Positions 12,421-24,733 of a DNA stretch of 64,000 nucleotides are shown piece by piece. Origin of the DNA: Selaginella moellendorffii (Eukaryota > Plantae > Lycopodiophyta); assembly GCF_000143415.4 (NCBI RefSeq), contig NW_003314261.1:3898880-3962879 (forward strand). The letters run 5' to 3'. Positions within the stretch are counted from its first letter, which is position 1, and each line of letters opens with the position of its first letter. The position numbers and the translations under genes are program-made. The notes under the pieces were generated by a model that searched no databases, was not told the DNA's origin, and was given only the letters and a program-made list of their open reading frames with translations.

Positions 12421-13845
12421 GATTGAAATTTATAATATAATATATTTTAATTCCTGTTTTAGTTTTGGGGAATGCGTATAATGTTTCACCAGATCCATTA
12501 ATTTGGCAAGCCAAAGAAGTAATCCCTAACTTAAAATTCATCATATATATCAAAGAGAAGATGATATCTAAAACATTTTTGTCAATGTTATTTTTTTTGT
12601 TCTCATGTTTAGTGATTTTGTCCTTGAGGAATTTGTGCTCACAATCACCTCCAAATTTTTTTTCACCCCTCCTTGTTCTCCACATCTTCATAAAAGTTAA
12701 AATATAAATATTTATACTTTTGTTGATATAATAACATAAAAATGGCTTATATAACTAAAAAATCAGAACAAAACACAATGTCATTTAAATTTATTTTAAA
12801 TGATAGTATTTAAATAAGTGTTTAACCCATATTTTAAAGATATTTCATCCATTTTTGTTGTGTTTTTCCAAAGCCTCTTTTTTTTCCTTTTTTTTTGAAC
12901 TCCTCACTTAAAATTACATGTCAAAATTTAAAAAATTGCTTTATAAAACCCTTTACTTTTATAACCCCTTCCTTAAAAAGTATGATTATATCTATTGTTA
13001 GAATTATAACTGCACGCACAAAGATTTCCTTTATTTACAAGATCTTGTGAAAGCATTTTCTTCTAAAGGATTGAATAAGTTTTGAAGCACATTTTTTGGT
13101 AGTTGTTATTCATGCACTTAGAATGCCAGACATTTAGCTTGTAATTTTACCCTTTTAATGTTATTATAAAAAAAAACAATCTCAATGAGAGAACTGCAAT
13201 GGCATATCTCATGCTTCTAATTGCATGGAGAGGAAATAACAACCATGAAAAATGGTCCAAAGCATGTTCTCAGTCTTTTAGAAGAGAATGCCTTTTAATG
13301 TGTATTTACTGGAAAATCTCAATATTTTTCAAGTGGAATAATTATCAATATTATCAATTCTATTTGATAATCATGCTATTTATACCAGACGCTAAAAAAG
13401 TCAGGCATGGAACTCTCCTAGACTTTACATTGGAGTCCGGCTTGGAAAATTTCTACTAGCGGCCACAACTCTAGACATTAACTCTTAGGACGACTATTTT
13501 AAAGAGGTCGGATGGGCCTTTATAAAAGCCGTAATGTAGTTCTTGATCTTGTTTGGCCATCCCTCAAATGTTCTCAATTGTAAATGGACATTGCCACAGC
13601 CCCTAACGCGAAAGCATAACAATATACAGGGCAAATCTTATTCTCATTAAAAGGTTAGATGCAGCCAAAGCTGTAAGACCAACATGAGAGGAAGGAAGAC
13701 AAAGAGAATTGAGGCTTACCGGCTGATCATTTTGCGGTATGGTGGAGGAGACACAGTCGCGACTCTTTTGCGACCCCTTCAGCACTAGACATACTCGAGC
13801 CATACGAAAAAGAAAAACATCTTTCTTCCCTTCACTTTGCAGCCT

Positions 13846-15114
13846 TTAAGCCTGCAGGCCTCGAGGCCAAGAGGAAGCCATGATTTTTGCTGGAACTGTT
13901 CTGCTCGATGGAGCGGTATTCGTCAGCGACGCGCTCCGGAATAGAAGAGTGTCTGATGGAGGAGCTGGAGCTGGAACCGGAATGGGAGATCCCGAGTGAT
14001 GAAGGAGCGGCGACGCGGAAGTTTGCGCCGGCACCGCCACCGCCGCAGGAGCTCTCGCTGTGAGAAGTGGAGTGCTCTCCGAGGCTGTGGGAGCTTCCGA
14101 CTTTGCGTGCGCATCCCTCTTGCAAACGGGACAAAAGGGCTTCCTCGTCACGAGCCATTGATCGACACAAGCTGCGTGGAAAGCTGCGAAGAACAAACGC
14201 AACAGTAAGAAACAAAGCCAAGCTTTCGCTCGCTCACCGTGTCGGCACGGAAGAACCCGGAGCTTCTGCCCGTCCTCGTACTCCTCCATGCAGATCACGC
14301 AAGTGTCTGCCTGATCGTCGCCATCGCCAGCGCGCCTATACACGAACGTCGGCAGCGATCTCACCTCCGAGGAAGTCAGTCCCGGAGGCTCTCGCGGCAG
14401 CAGCAACCTCGAGCCAAGCCGACGCAAGCGGTGCCTCCGCACGAAGAAGAACGTTGCCAGCACTGCCGTGACCGCGAGAAGCGAGATGAAAGCCACCGCC
14501 ATGACGGACCAGGCCGGGTAGTCCAGCGTCGGGAAAATGAAGCACCTCGTCTGTGGATTTCCAGCGTACCTCCACAGAACCTTTCCCGCTGCGTGGGAGA
14601 CAAACACCGCCGGGATCTTAATCCCATACGAATCACCCGACACTGCAAAGAAAAAGTATGAAAGGATCACATCTGATGTTATCTTCGCGAGAAGCTCCAC
14701 TAGGAAGAACTTACTAATCACAAGGTCGCGGCCATCTTCATCGTTGTAGACGATCACTGCCGAGAATCCAGCGTCCTGGGCGTTGCGCACCTTCGTCTCA
14801 AACCGGCAAGCTCCACGCTTCACGAGGACGAACGAAGAGAATGGGCTCTGGTCTAGAGCCGGCCCGGTCTTGAGCGGATCGCAAGCGTCCAGTGGATTGC
14901 CGCGGTAGAGGAGGCCCAAAATCCCGGCTTGCGGGACGCGAGGAGCTGGGAGAGAATTTCCACAAATTCATGGATGCTTTTGGAGCGGGAAGAACTTACC
15001 GAATCCCGCCTCCATGTCCGAGAAGGGCATGGACTGATTCGTGGGAGTCGTGATGACGACCGTGGCATTTGCGCGGAGGAGCACGATCGCGAGGAAGAAC
15101 AACGAGAGAAACAT
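13846..15114 (-). CDS. RMR: Receptor homology-region, transmembrane, RING-H2 protein (PA-TM-RING E3 ligase / vacuolar sorting receptor)
   Basis: Signal peptide MFLSLFFLAIVLLRANA; PA domain (LVKRGACRFETKVRNAQDAGFSAVIVYND); TM segment; RING-H2 CVICMEEY...LPCRH..FHAACVDQWL...CPVCK; short GT-AG introns. Confidence 0.92.
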
Positions 15115-15175
15115 ACTAGAACCCTAACTTAGGTTTCTCCAACGTGTCAAATTTTTTTAAATGGGATCGTTTTGT

Positions 15176-16321
15176 TTATAGATCGTTGTGGCTCCAGGAA
15201 ACACTCTTGGCTTTCTCGTCTTGTTTTGCGCGGAATTCCATGGCGCGCTTCTCTTCGTCCGCGGTTATGAGCTTGTCCAGTTGCTTCATCTGCTTGACTC
15301 GCTGCGCGAAACGAGCGAAAGATTTGATTTGATTGCAAAGGCTAGAGGGAAAGATGGTTTTTTACGTCGCGGATCTCCATCTGGATCTGGCTCCGGTACT
15401 CCTCGTCTTTGCCGTACTTTTGCATGTCTCGCAAGAACTCCTCTCGCTCCTCAATCTCCTTGGAAACTGGCAATCCAAGGCAAACATGACGAAAGAACAA
15501 CGAGAAGAACTCCATGATTCTTACTTAGATCCAAGAGTTGCTCCTTCTCCTCCCTGGAGCCCTTGCGAATCCGCGGCACGGGAGTGATCTTGGGTGCCAC
15601 CAGAACTTCCCCCTGCGCTCTCGAATCTACAAAAGTTCTTCACGCTGGAAATCTAGATCCATACCTCTTCCAGGAGACCGTGCCACTCGAAGATGGTTTG
15701 AAGCCTTTGCTTCTCTTTCTCGTCCAGCACGGGCTCTAAAACCATGGAAACGTGAGGAACGATGAAGAAGAAGAGGGAATACTTACTCGTTGGAGGTGGC
15801 GGGAGTGATATGTTCTCAAACTCCTCCCTCGCCTTCTCGATTATAAGCGATGCCTTTCGCTTGCCGCCATAGCCATGCACTGGAAATGGCGGCACGTCCT
15901 CCAGGCTCGGCCTCCTCCGGAACCGGGGCACTCTCACCTTGGGCTGCAGCAAAGCTCAGAGATTTCTCTGATAGGATCAAATTCGCAAGAGGCAACAAGA
16001 AAAACTTCCATTTTTCCGGTGTGTGAGATCAATGCTTGGAGGATTTACAAAGAGCAACCTTGCGATTCACGGGCGCCGGCTCTTCCGCCCTCTCTGCGAG
16101 CGAAGGAAATGGAGGATCACTCGTTAGAAAAGAAGAAGAAGATCACGACCTTCCTGCGAGGTGTTGGCGAGGCGGCGAAGAATCGCGAGCCTGTTTTGCA
16201 GCGAGAATTGCTCGCCCTTTTGCCTGGCGGCGGCGAATCCATTGTAGAGGCGAAAGAGGGCGCGCCCAGCCGCTGTGCCACGCCCCGGGGCATCCCACAC
16301 TCTTTCGGGAGAATACGCCAT
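15176..16321 (-). CDS. UPF0193 (EVG1/C22orf23-like) family protein, multi-exon
   Basis: Spliced C-terminus VSKEIEEREEFLRDMQKYGKDEEYRSQIQMEIRD..VKQMKQLD matches the UPF0193 motif; upstream exon has DEKEKQRLQTIFE. Start chosen at MAYSPERVWDAPG; an in-frame ATG at 16429 is an alternative. Confidence 0.72.
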
Positions 16322-16342
16322 CCAAGCCCTAGATTCGCTTGT

Positions 16343-16393
16343 CCACGTGGCAGTGTGTTGGTGACGTGTCAGGGAGTATCCGTCTGACGTGTA
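16343..16393. promoter_or_regulatory. Cluster of three ACGTG cores (G-box/ABRE-like) in the divergent promoter between the UPF0193 and DPY-30 genes
   Basis: CCACGTGG 16343-16350, TGACGTGTC 16362-16370, TGACGTGTA 16385-16393. Confidence 0.45.
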
Positions 16394-16573
16394 GGGCTGA
16401 AAGGGCACGAGGCACAATGCAGGGGGCATTAGCGGGCGGCGAGGAGGGAAAGAAGAGGTGGAGGTGGTGGTGGCGCGATCGAGGGCAGTGGAGCTCCTTG
16501 TGGCTGATCCGGCTGGGAATCTACTACTCCGCGCACGCATTCACTGTTCTTCGTGATTTGATCTGCCGCTGCC

Positions 16574-17416
16574 ATGGATGCCGTCCCCGCGCAACCTGCA
16601 GGCAAGAAATCTTTCTCTGTGCTGATTGATTGATTGATATTTCGAGCGATTCTTTGTCGATCGGCGTAGCGAGAAGGTTCTTTGTCCAAATTTCGATCTG
16701 GTTTCTTGTTTTTGGTTGCATTGTTGATATTTCGAGCGGTTCCTTGTTCTTTGTCCAGATTTCGATCTATGGTTTCTTGCATTGTTGATAATTCGAGCTT
16801 CGTTGTGATCTATGGTTTCTTGTTTTTGCTTGTCTCTATTGAAGTTTTCAATGGTTTCATTCGTTTTTCTCATCGATCGATCAACCAGGTGCATCTGCTG
16901 CCGCTGCTGATGGACTCACGCAGCTGAGTAATTTGATGGCCTCGGAGTCCGGATCTCCGCCTCCTGTAAGTCTTTCTTTTTTCTTTTGTTTTCTGGTCTC
17001 GGAGAAAACTTTCTACAACTCTTTCGTGTTCATGCAGCCGAGTGACCAAGAGATGGCCGAAGCCAAGGCTATGCCCGTGCGACAGTACTTGGTATGACGA
17101 GATTCTTCTCAAAAATGATTTCGTCCAACTTTGTGGATTCGCAGGAAACGAGAGTAGTGCCTCTCTTATTGCAAGGAATGCAACGCTTGGTGATTGAGAG
17201 GTATAGCTTCTAGTTTCTATGGCCCTTCTTATTCATGCATGGAAAGTGTGTAGGCCTGTGGATCCAGTGGAGTTTCTAGCGAAGTACTTGACAGACAACA
17301 ATCCACGAAAGAAAGTTGAAGAGAAACCAAAGGAAGGAGAAGGAGCGCCTGCCGACGCTGCTGCCGCTCCCGGTGCTGCTGCTCCCGCGGCGCCTCCCGC
17401 TGCTCCAGCAAAGTAG
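16574..17416 (+). CDS. DPY30: Dpy-30 motif protein, 5 exons; first intron GC-AG
   Basis: Splicing gives MDAVPAQPAGASAAAADGLTQLSNLMASESGSPPPPSDQEMAEAKAMPVRQYLETRVVPLLLQGMQRLVIERPVDPVEFLAKYLTDNNP...; PVRQYL..VVPLLLQG...RP.DP.EFLA.YL is the Dpy-30 signature. Confidence 0.85.
16625..16835. repeat. Degenerate short direct repeats inside DPY-30 intron 1
   Basis: TTGATATTTCGAGCG, TTCTTTGTCCA.ATTTCGATCT, TGCATTGTTGATA and TGGTTTCTTG each recur 2-3 times. Confidence 0.6.
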
Positions 17417-17501
17417 ACGATTCTCGAAAGTTCAACGATCATATCTTCAACAAAAATGGCTTTTTTTATTTATAAAATAAGCCCTAGAGCTACGAGCGGA
17501 A

Positions 17502-18996
17502 ATGATGAAGTTCTTGCTCCTGGTGGCCTCTTGGGCGATGCTCCAACTCTCTCCCGCGGCGTCATCAGTCTTGCCATTCGTCGTCTTGCATGGTCAGTTC
17601 CGTTGCTGCGATCTGCGAAGTTAATCGAGTTTGCTTGAATCCTCAGGAATTTCCGATGAGTGCAAGCATCACGGTATCACCAAGTTCACTACTGATCTCG
17701 GCACTATGAGTGGAGCTCCTGGCTACTGCATGTCAGTCCTCAAGTTCATAGTTTCTCTAGTACTTTTGCTGATGCCCAATGGTTTTTCTAGTGAAATTGG
17801 TAACGGGGCCAGCGATTCGTGGTTTCTGCGCCTTGACAAGCAAGTTGAGCTCGCGTGTAAGGAGGTACTTAACTTGTGTCTGGCGACTTTGAGCCGTTTT
17901 TCAAAGTTCTCTTCTGTAGATCAAACTTATTCCAGAGCTTGCTGGAGGCTACAACATCGTTGGTCTTTCCCAGGTAGAGCCTGAACGACGAAACCACATC
18001 TCTATAATTACCTTGTTCATGTTTTCCACAGGGAAACTTGATAGGAAGAGGATTGATTGAATGGTGTGATGGACCTCCTGTAAGTTCGTTGTGGTATTCT
18101 AGAATTCTAGACGTAATCTAACTGACTCGTATGCTACTTCAGGTTAACAATATGGTCTCTCTGGGTGGTCCTCACGCTGGCATCGCGTCTTTGCCTCTTT
18201 GCGCAGTGCGTAAGCTTCCATTTCGTTCGGGTTGCCTCTTGACGAGTTGATAATTTTCAGGCCTATTCCTTCTGCGCATTGGCCGATATCATCCTTCATA
18301 TGGGTGTCTACAGCGATTTTGTTCAGGTAGCTCCCAGCTTTACGTTTCTGAGAAATATTTTTTCCACTTACAGAACCATCTTGCAGAACCATCTAGCACC
18401 CACTGGATATATAAAAATGCCCAAGGTTTGCAAGTGACTACCTTCATCGCGTCCTTTAACTATGAGCTTACGAAAAATTTCCAGGATTTGTCGTCCTATT
18501 ATCGGAGCTGTGTATTCCTTCCAAAGCTGAATAACGAGCTTCCCCAGAATCGCAACGCAACATTCAAGCACCGTCTTAGTGACTTGAATCAGCTCGTCCT
18601 TGTCAAGGTTTTTGTTCCTATCTTATCCACCGTATGCCTGACGCTCGCTAGATTTTAACTTCCAGTTTGACAAGGACACAGTCCTGGTGCCGCAAGAAAC
18701 CGCTTGGTTTGGATTCTTTCCTCCCAACGATCTAACGAAAGTGTTACCGATGGAAGAGGTACTCCACTCGAATTCCAGAAACTTTGGATTCATTCTTTTC
18801 TCTGTTCTATCAGACTGCTCTATACAAGGAAGATTGGATTGGTCTAAAGTCACTCCATGAACAAGGAAGGATCCAATTCGTGACGTTCTCTGGAGATCAT
18901 CTCTCCATCTCGGATCAAGAAATGTTGGATCACGTCGCGCCTTACTTGAAACCGGAGAAAACAAGACAAAGAGAAGAACACGCAAGTATAATGTGA
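17502..18996 (+). CDS. Palmitoyl-protein thioesterase 1-like (alpha/beta hydrolase), multi-exon
   Basis: Signal peptide, LPFVVLHG, EIGNGASDSW, nucleophile GYNIVGLSQG, VNNMVSLGGPHAG, LAPTGY, FDKDTVLVPQETAWFG, LYKEDWIGLK, GDHL. Confidence 0.9.
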
Positions 18997-19090
18997 CGAT
19001 GTAAAGAGGAGAGGACTATTGTATCGAAGTTATTCAAAAGCCCTTCCATGGGATAATTCTTTCTTGGAGCTAGCTCCCTTTAGGGCAGCG

Positions 19091-21733
19091 ATGGCGGCAG
19101 TGATGGATTACCTCTTCCAGCGCAGCCTGGACGATCTGGTCAAGGGGTTGCGCAGCCAGGCGGCCGCGAGCGGCGAATCCAGGTACGTGGCCAAGGCGCT
19201 GGAAGAGATCCGCAAGGAGATCAAGGCGACGGATCCACACATCAAGGCGGCGGCGGTCCACAAGCTCGCCTACTTGAACGCTCTCCACGGCGTGGACATG
19301 GCCTGGGCGGCATTCCAGGTCGTGGAGGTGATGAGCATGCCCAAATTCTCCCACAAGAAGATCGGCTACCTGGCTGCGTCGCAGAGCTTCACCGATTCCA
19401 CCGACGTGCTGCTGCTCATCACGAATCTCCTCAAGAAGGATCTGTCCAGCAAGAACGAATTCGAGGCCGGCATGGCGCTCGAGTGCCTGTCGCGGATCGC
19501 GACGCCGGATCTGGTCAGGGATCTCACGCAGGACGTGCTGACGATGCTGGGCAGTAGCAAGCTCTACATCCGGAAGAAGGCGACGCTGGTGCTCTTCAAG
19601 GTTTTCTCCAAGCATCCAGAGTCTATAAGAGTGGCTTTCAAGAGACTGGTGGAGAAGCTCGACGATCGGGACTCACAGGTGGTGGCGGCTTGTGTGAGTG
19701 TTCTTCACGAGCTCGCTCGGCAGGACCCCCAGCCATATCTTCTCCTCGCTCCCGAGCTCTACAGGCTTCTGGTGGAATCGACCAACAACTGGCTGCTCAT
19801 CAAGCTCGTCAAGCTCTTTGCACTTCTCATGCCGCTCGAGCCCCGGCTAGCGAAGAAGATTGCCGAGCCACTCTGCGAGCAAATGCGAAGGACCAGCGCG
19901 AAGTCTCTTGTGCTCGAGTGCATACGAACTATAACGGTGGGACTCTTGGATAACACCGAGGTGGTGGAGCTCGCCGCTGGAAAGCTGCAAGAGATTCTCG
20001 CGGCTTCTCACGGAGGAGATGGGGAGGACGACGATCCGAATCTCAAGTACTTGGGACTCCAGGCAGTGCTCGACTTGTTGCCGGTTTATCCTCAGCTCGT
20101 CACGCAGAGCAAGTCGGTGATTATCAGCTGCTTGAACGATGTGGATCCCAGCGTTCAAATGGCCTCGCTACGGCTCATCGTCAGCATGGTCTCGGACTCC
20201 AACCTTGCCGACACTGTACAGATTTTGATGAGATATGCGCTAAGTGCCGAGAAGATCTTTTGCAACGAGCTCTTGTCTTCGATCTTGTCAACGTGCAGCA
20301 GGTCCTTTTACGAGCTTGTCACGGATTTCTCCTGGTACGTTGGAGTTTTGGGAGAGCTGGTTAGAGTTCCAAATTTCGAGCAGGGAAAGGAAGTAGAAAG
20401 GCAGCTTGTAGATATCGGGCTTAGAGTAGAAAGCGTGAGGAAGGATCTTTCAAGGCTAGCTCGGGACTTTCTAATAGATTCGTCGACTTGGGAGAACAGT
20501 CACATTCATAGAGTTTTAGCTGCGGCCGCATGGATAGCAGGGGAGTACGTGGAGTTGGCGGGTGATTTGTTTGAGATTGTGGAGGCGCTGCTTCAGCCTC
20601 GCATGAAGAAGCTTCCACCTTCAGTCCAAGCTGTTTTTCTCCAGGCAGTGCTGAAGATTTTGGTTCACTTTGCGAGTGCTGCTGCCACTGCTGTCGACGC
20701 AGAGGTGGTGGATAAGTTTGAGTACGAAGAGATAAAGTCAAATGGGAATGTTGCGGATGAAGAACAAGCTCAAGAGCCTCTCGGAAGAATGGTAACGTTG
20801 ATCAGAGAGAACGCTGGAAGTTTGCAGAGTCACGTGGACACGGAAGTCCAGGAGCGAGCCAGCAACCTGTTTGGGCTTATCAGCTTCATAGAAGACGAGG
20901 CTGGATCTGGAGAAATGCTTGCGGGGATCCGGGAAGCTTTTGCGAAGGATTTGGGACCCGTGTCCCAGTTTTCTCAGCAAAGGGTGGTGGTCCCTGATGG
21001 CCTCGAGCTGCTCGACGATCTTAGCGAGCTCAAGATTGTGCTTGGTGACGATCAGCTTCAAGATACAGAATTGCTACCGGAGTCGAGCTTGCTTTTCACA
21101 CACAAAAAGGAAGAGGACACTGCATTCGTCGATGAGAGTGCCGGGCTTTTGGAGCAGCACAGGAAGAAGAACGAAAAGTACTACTTGCCAAAGGAAACGA
21201 GGCAGGAGGAAGGACTACTTGGCGCCGAGGCTCCACAGGCGCAACCGGCAGCCGCTGATGACAACTACAAGCTGGCGGAAGAATTACTGGTGTGGAACAA
21301 GCCCAAGCGTCCGAAAGCCCGCTCTGTCGTTGTCAAGGTGACGGACGAGGAGAACGACTTCGTCAGCGTTCCCATGACGTCCAAGGGTGCTCTCAAAAAC
21401 TCGGTTCTCTCCACTGCCATACGGGACGTTTTACTCAACAACAAGTCCGGGAGCCACCGTGACGGCTCGCTCCCGGAATCCAGCAATGCCGCTCAAAAGC
21501 ACCACCACCACCACCGTCGGAGGCACCGAAGGGAGAAACACCCTGCGGAAGGAGGAGATTTAACAGCAGTACCACAGGAAGGCCTCGACAGTGAGAAGCA
21601 GCAGGATCAAGGCGAGCAGCAACAACAGGATCAAGAGAAACAACGTTCCAAGAGACAACACCACAGGAAACGAGCAAAGAGTCCGTTAAAGTTCGCCCCT
21701 CGAGCAGCCGTGGTACCGGACTTCCTGCTGTAA
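19091..21733 (+). CDS. AP3D: AP-3 adaptor complex subunit delta (intronless CDS)
   Basis: LFQRSLDDLVKGLR, KKIGYLAASQSF, NNWLLIKLVKLF, EPRLAKK, DPNLKYLGL, EVQERA, C-terminal VVPDFLL; first ATG at 19091. Confidence 0.95.
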   Translation: MAAVMDYLFQRSLDDLVKGLRSQAAASGESRYVAKALEEIRKEIKATDPHIKAAAVHKLAYLNALHGVDMAWAAFQVVEVMSMPKFSHKKIGYLAASQSFTDSTDVLLLITNLLKKDLSSKNEFEAGMALECLSRIATPDLVRDLTQDVLTMLGSSKLYIRKKATLVLFKVFSKHPESIRVAFKRLVEKLDDRDSQVVAACVSVLHELARQDPQPYLLLAPELYRLLVESTNNWLLIKLVKLFALLMPLEPRLAKKIAEPLCEQMRRTSAKSLVLECIRTITVGLLDNTEVVELAAGKLQEILAASHGGDGEDDDPNLKYLGLQAVLDLLPVYPQLVTQSKSVIISCLNDVDPSVQMASLRLIVSMVSDSNLADTVQILMRYALSAEKIFCNELLSSILSTCSRSFYELVTDFSWYVGVLGELVRVPNFEQGKEVERQLVDIGLRVESVRKDLSRLARDFLIDSSTWENSHIHRVLAAAAWIAGEYVELAGDLFEIVEALLQPRMKKLPPSVQAVFLQAVLKILVHFASAAATAVDAEVVDKFEYEEIKSNGNVADEEQAQEPLGRMVTLIRENAGSLQSHVDTEVQERASNLFGLISFIEDEAGSGEMLAGIREAFAKDLGPVSQFSQQRVVVPDGLELLDDLSELKIVLGDDQLQDTELLPESSLLFTHKKEEDTAFVDESAGLLEQHRKKNEKYYLPKETRQEEGLLGAEAPQAQPAAADDNYKLAEELLVWNKPKRPKARSVVVKVTDEENDFVSVPMTSKGALKNSVLSTAIRDVLLNNKSGSHRDGSLPESSNAAQKHHHHHRRRHRREKHPAEGGDLTAVPQEGLDSEKQQDQGEQQQQDQEKQRSKRQHHRKRAKSPLKFAPRAAVVPDFLL

Positions 21734-22192
21734 AAAGGAGTTAAGATGCTCGTCTGCGTCTTCTTGGAGGCCCTGCGGCCCCGCGACGATACGAAACGAC
21801 CGTCCTTCCTCCTTTGCTGGGAAAAAGAGCGAGAATCTGATGCAAGTGATCGGGATCAACGCAGGTATGCTCTTTTTTACTGCTTGTCTGAGAAATGAAG
21901 TACCAAATGTTGTCTTGCTTTTATTCCAGGTTCGCAGCATTGTCTTGGCTTCGTATTCCTGGACTTTTTACAAATCCAGGTATGGATGTATGATACAACT
22001 TCCGTTCCGTTTGTGCCTCACAAAAACCAGAGATTTACATACTTAGATTGGCCGTGTTTACGACACTATCATTCGGCAAAATGAAACAGTTGCTATCCTT
22101 TGCTTCTCGAAGATTTGGCTCAATCATAGAAGTCCAAAAAAGAGTTTTTATATATTCGTATGTATAAAACCGGGAAGGGGATCGAGCGCCGC

Positions 22193-23554
22193 TTAATACG
22201 GGCTGGAAAGATCCACTCCAAATAACCGAATCGCACCACAGGAGCTCTCCTTGATCTTGGGATGCGAGAACTCTGGAGTTGAGACATTAGAGGCACCGAA
22301 AACTTGAGAAGATCCCCAGAAACCTTGGACTTGAGACACCATCTGGTCGGACCGAGGCTGGAGATGGGCGGAAGTGACGGCGCTCACGCTCTGGAGCAGC
22401 GACGACGGCGACGATCCCGGCCAAGTTGGAAGAACTGAATGAAGTGGAGAAGGATCGAAATGGTGGTGATGAGCAGCGTTGGAGTTGAAGGCCGGGTGGA
22501 ACACCGAGGCGGCCTTCCTCTTCCAGTGGATGAAGAGCTTGCAAGAGCTCCCGGCGGTGGTGGCGCGATCGAAGAAGACGGCGTCGCCCACTTGAAGCTG
22601 CTTGTCCTTGACGAAGCGGCTCCAGCCGCGGGTGAGGACGTAGCTCTGGCTGCTGCTCCAGTACGAGTAGCGGAAGCGCCAGTGCTTGCCTCGCTCGTCC
22701 TCGAAGGATAGCAGCAGCCCCTTCTCGTGCGGCGCCAGCGGGAAGCAGCGCTCGGCGTGGTGCTTGGGGATGACGAGCCGGTTGAGCTTGCCGACGTCGC
22801 TGGGCGTCACCACCTTGAAGAACAAGTGCTCGCGGTGATGCTGTGCTAGTAGACTACTGCTCTTGCTCTTGCTCTTAGCGCGCAGGCGATGATCACGATC
22901 GTCTTGTTGCAGCGTGGAGGCTGCCGAGGACGAGGAGGCGTCCAGCGGCGGCGACGGCGCGTTGTGATTGTTGGTGGTGGTGGTGGAGGAGGAGGAGGAG
23001 GAGGTGTCCAAGGCGGTGTTCTTGATGAGCTGCTGGTTGTAGGTGTGCTTGCGCAGCATGTCGATGATCTGCTCCTTGGAGTGGAGGCTGAGGAAGGCGG
23101 ACTCGGGCTCGGACTCGTCAACCGGGGGGAAATTGGTGAGCGCGTCGTTGCCTCTGATCTTGGTTGCAGCAACGTCGTAGGCCTTGGCGGCCTCCACCTC
23201 GGTGTCGAACGTCCCCAGCCACACGCGCTGGTGCTTCTCGTAGATCTGCGCGCCGAACCGGCCGTTCGGCTGCGGCACTACTCCCTTGTATTGCGACGAC
23301 GGCAGCTTGAGAATGACTTGATCTTGGCGAAGTTGCTGGTGGCAGTGCTGCTGTTGCTGCTGGTGATGCTGGTGGTGATCGAGGAATGGCGATGCTGGAT
23401 GGAGATAAGCAGCAGCCGCCGCGAAAGGAGACGAGGGGAAGCTTGGATCATCGGGAGAGACAACGAGCCCGGTTCTCTGGAAGAAGAACTCCTCGGCGCT
23501 AGCCGGAGCGAGCTGCAGCCACGATGAAGGAGAGGGAGAGTAGCGATCGTTCAT
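22193..23554 (-). CDS. RAV: AP2/ERF + B3 domain transcription repressor (RAV/TEMPRANILLO family), intronless
   Basis: AP2 domain [33 protein letters not shown]; B3 domain [28 protein letters not shown]...[20 protein letters not shown]; repression motif IRLFGV. ATG at 23554 (MNDRYS). Confidence 0.95.
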   Translation of the reverse strand: MNDRYSPSPSSWLQLAPASAEEFFFQRTGLVVSPDDPSFPSSPFAAAAAYLHPASPFLDHHQHHQQQQQHCHQQLRQDQVILKLPSSQYKGVVPQPNGRFGAQIYEKHQRVWLGTFDTEVEAAKAYDVAATKIRGNDALTNFPPVDESEPESAFLSLHSKEQIIDMLRKHTYNQQLIKNTALDTSSSSSSTTTTNNHNAPSPPLDASSSSAASTLQQDDRDHRLRAKSKSKSSSLLAQHHREHLFFKVVTPSDVGKLNRLVIPKHHAERCFPLAPHEKGLLLSFEDERGKHWRFRYSYWSSSQSYVLTRGWSRFVKDKQLQVGDAVFFDRATTAGSSCKLFIHWKRKAASVFHPAFNSNAAHHHHFDPSPLHSVLPTWPGSSPSSLLQSVSAVTSAHLQPRSDQMVSQVQGFWGSSQVFGASNVSTPEFSHPKIKESSCGAIRLFGVDLSSPY

Positions 23555-24733
23555 TGTTTTGCTCGCTTCTTCTTCTTCTTCTTCTTTCTCTCGCTCTCGC
23601 TTCTTCCTGCAAGCTCTCTCCAATCAAAGCTTTGCTTATATGCGATGTGAAAAAGGCAAGGGAATCTAAGAGCAGTACATTCTCGCGTTTCTGGACAGGC
23701 AAGGAAAAAACCCAAGAACAAAGAACCCAAATAAAAAGCTCCTGAAAACATGACCACGCTTCATGTCCAACAACACTTTCCACTGTGTTTTTTTGCGGGC
23801 GTTTGAATGTGGTACATCATGCGTCATCAAATTCATGCATGGATATTTACTGAGATTATTTTCCCTTCTTTCCGCATTTAACAAGCATGTCTTATTCAAG
23901 ATCTGTGACGTCAGCCCTAAAACATCCTAGCTACCTGAGGCGTAGAGCGTACGTGGTAGCGCTACCCCCAGCCGGTGCACTGGATTACCCCTCCTTGGGC
24001 CAATTCAGCATGGCTCACACGGTAAATCGCCGTACTTCCCGGTGGTGAAAATCCGGCATGATGCTGGCGCCAGCCCTCCAACTCAAGATCAATACGTACG
24101 GGGTACGTGAGTCGTATGTAGCCTCGACCGTATGGCATGCGGCGGGGGCGCATCCATGATCATGCACAGGGATTGGACGCCGTGGCATATCCGAGTGGAA
24201 TCACCAGGATGGACGGATGGCCGGGATCTTACCAGCCTTGGCTCACGAGCCGACGCGATGTGACCCGCGTGTCACCGTACTGTGTGCCAATCATTCTTAA
24301 TCATCATGGGCCCCAATGGTAAAATGCTGCTGCCCTTTACCCCCTAGTACTTAAAGTTACTTTTTCGTAGCTAGGCAGGTTTCCTTCTTTCCGGCCCCAA
24401 GATTTACCTATATATACCGCGAGAGATTCTAAAAATCACCTTTTACCGCTCCTCGGTAGAAAGTAAAAAGCCCGGTCACTTTCACACACTTAGGAAGAAC
24501 CAAAAAATCTTTGCTTTTCTTACATCGGCTATGGCAGTAGTAATGTCTGGAGATAGATGGATTCCTGTTGTTTTCGTGGCCCTAGAGAGAAAGAAGAGCT
24601 AGCATGCCATGGTAACCTCGCCATCATTTTCCAAATCCAACGAGACGATCTATTTCGTTGGGCAGCCAAAAATGCCATCAATTGCCCCTTTCACACCCTA
24701 GCTATCTATACCGTATACTATGCGAATCTAGCG

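Noticed and set aside
12416-13459. Short ORFs 12416-12691, 12465-12707 and 13199-13459
   Set aside because: Low-complexity AT-rich frames with no motifs or splice support.
24655-24695. Minus-strand GGGGCAATT...TTTGGC resembling an IPS1/miR399 target-mimic site near the P1BS cluster
   Set aside because: Too many mismatches to the miR399 complement to support.
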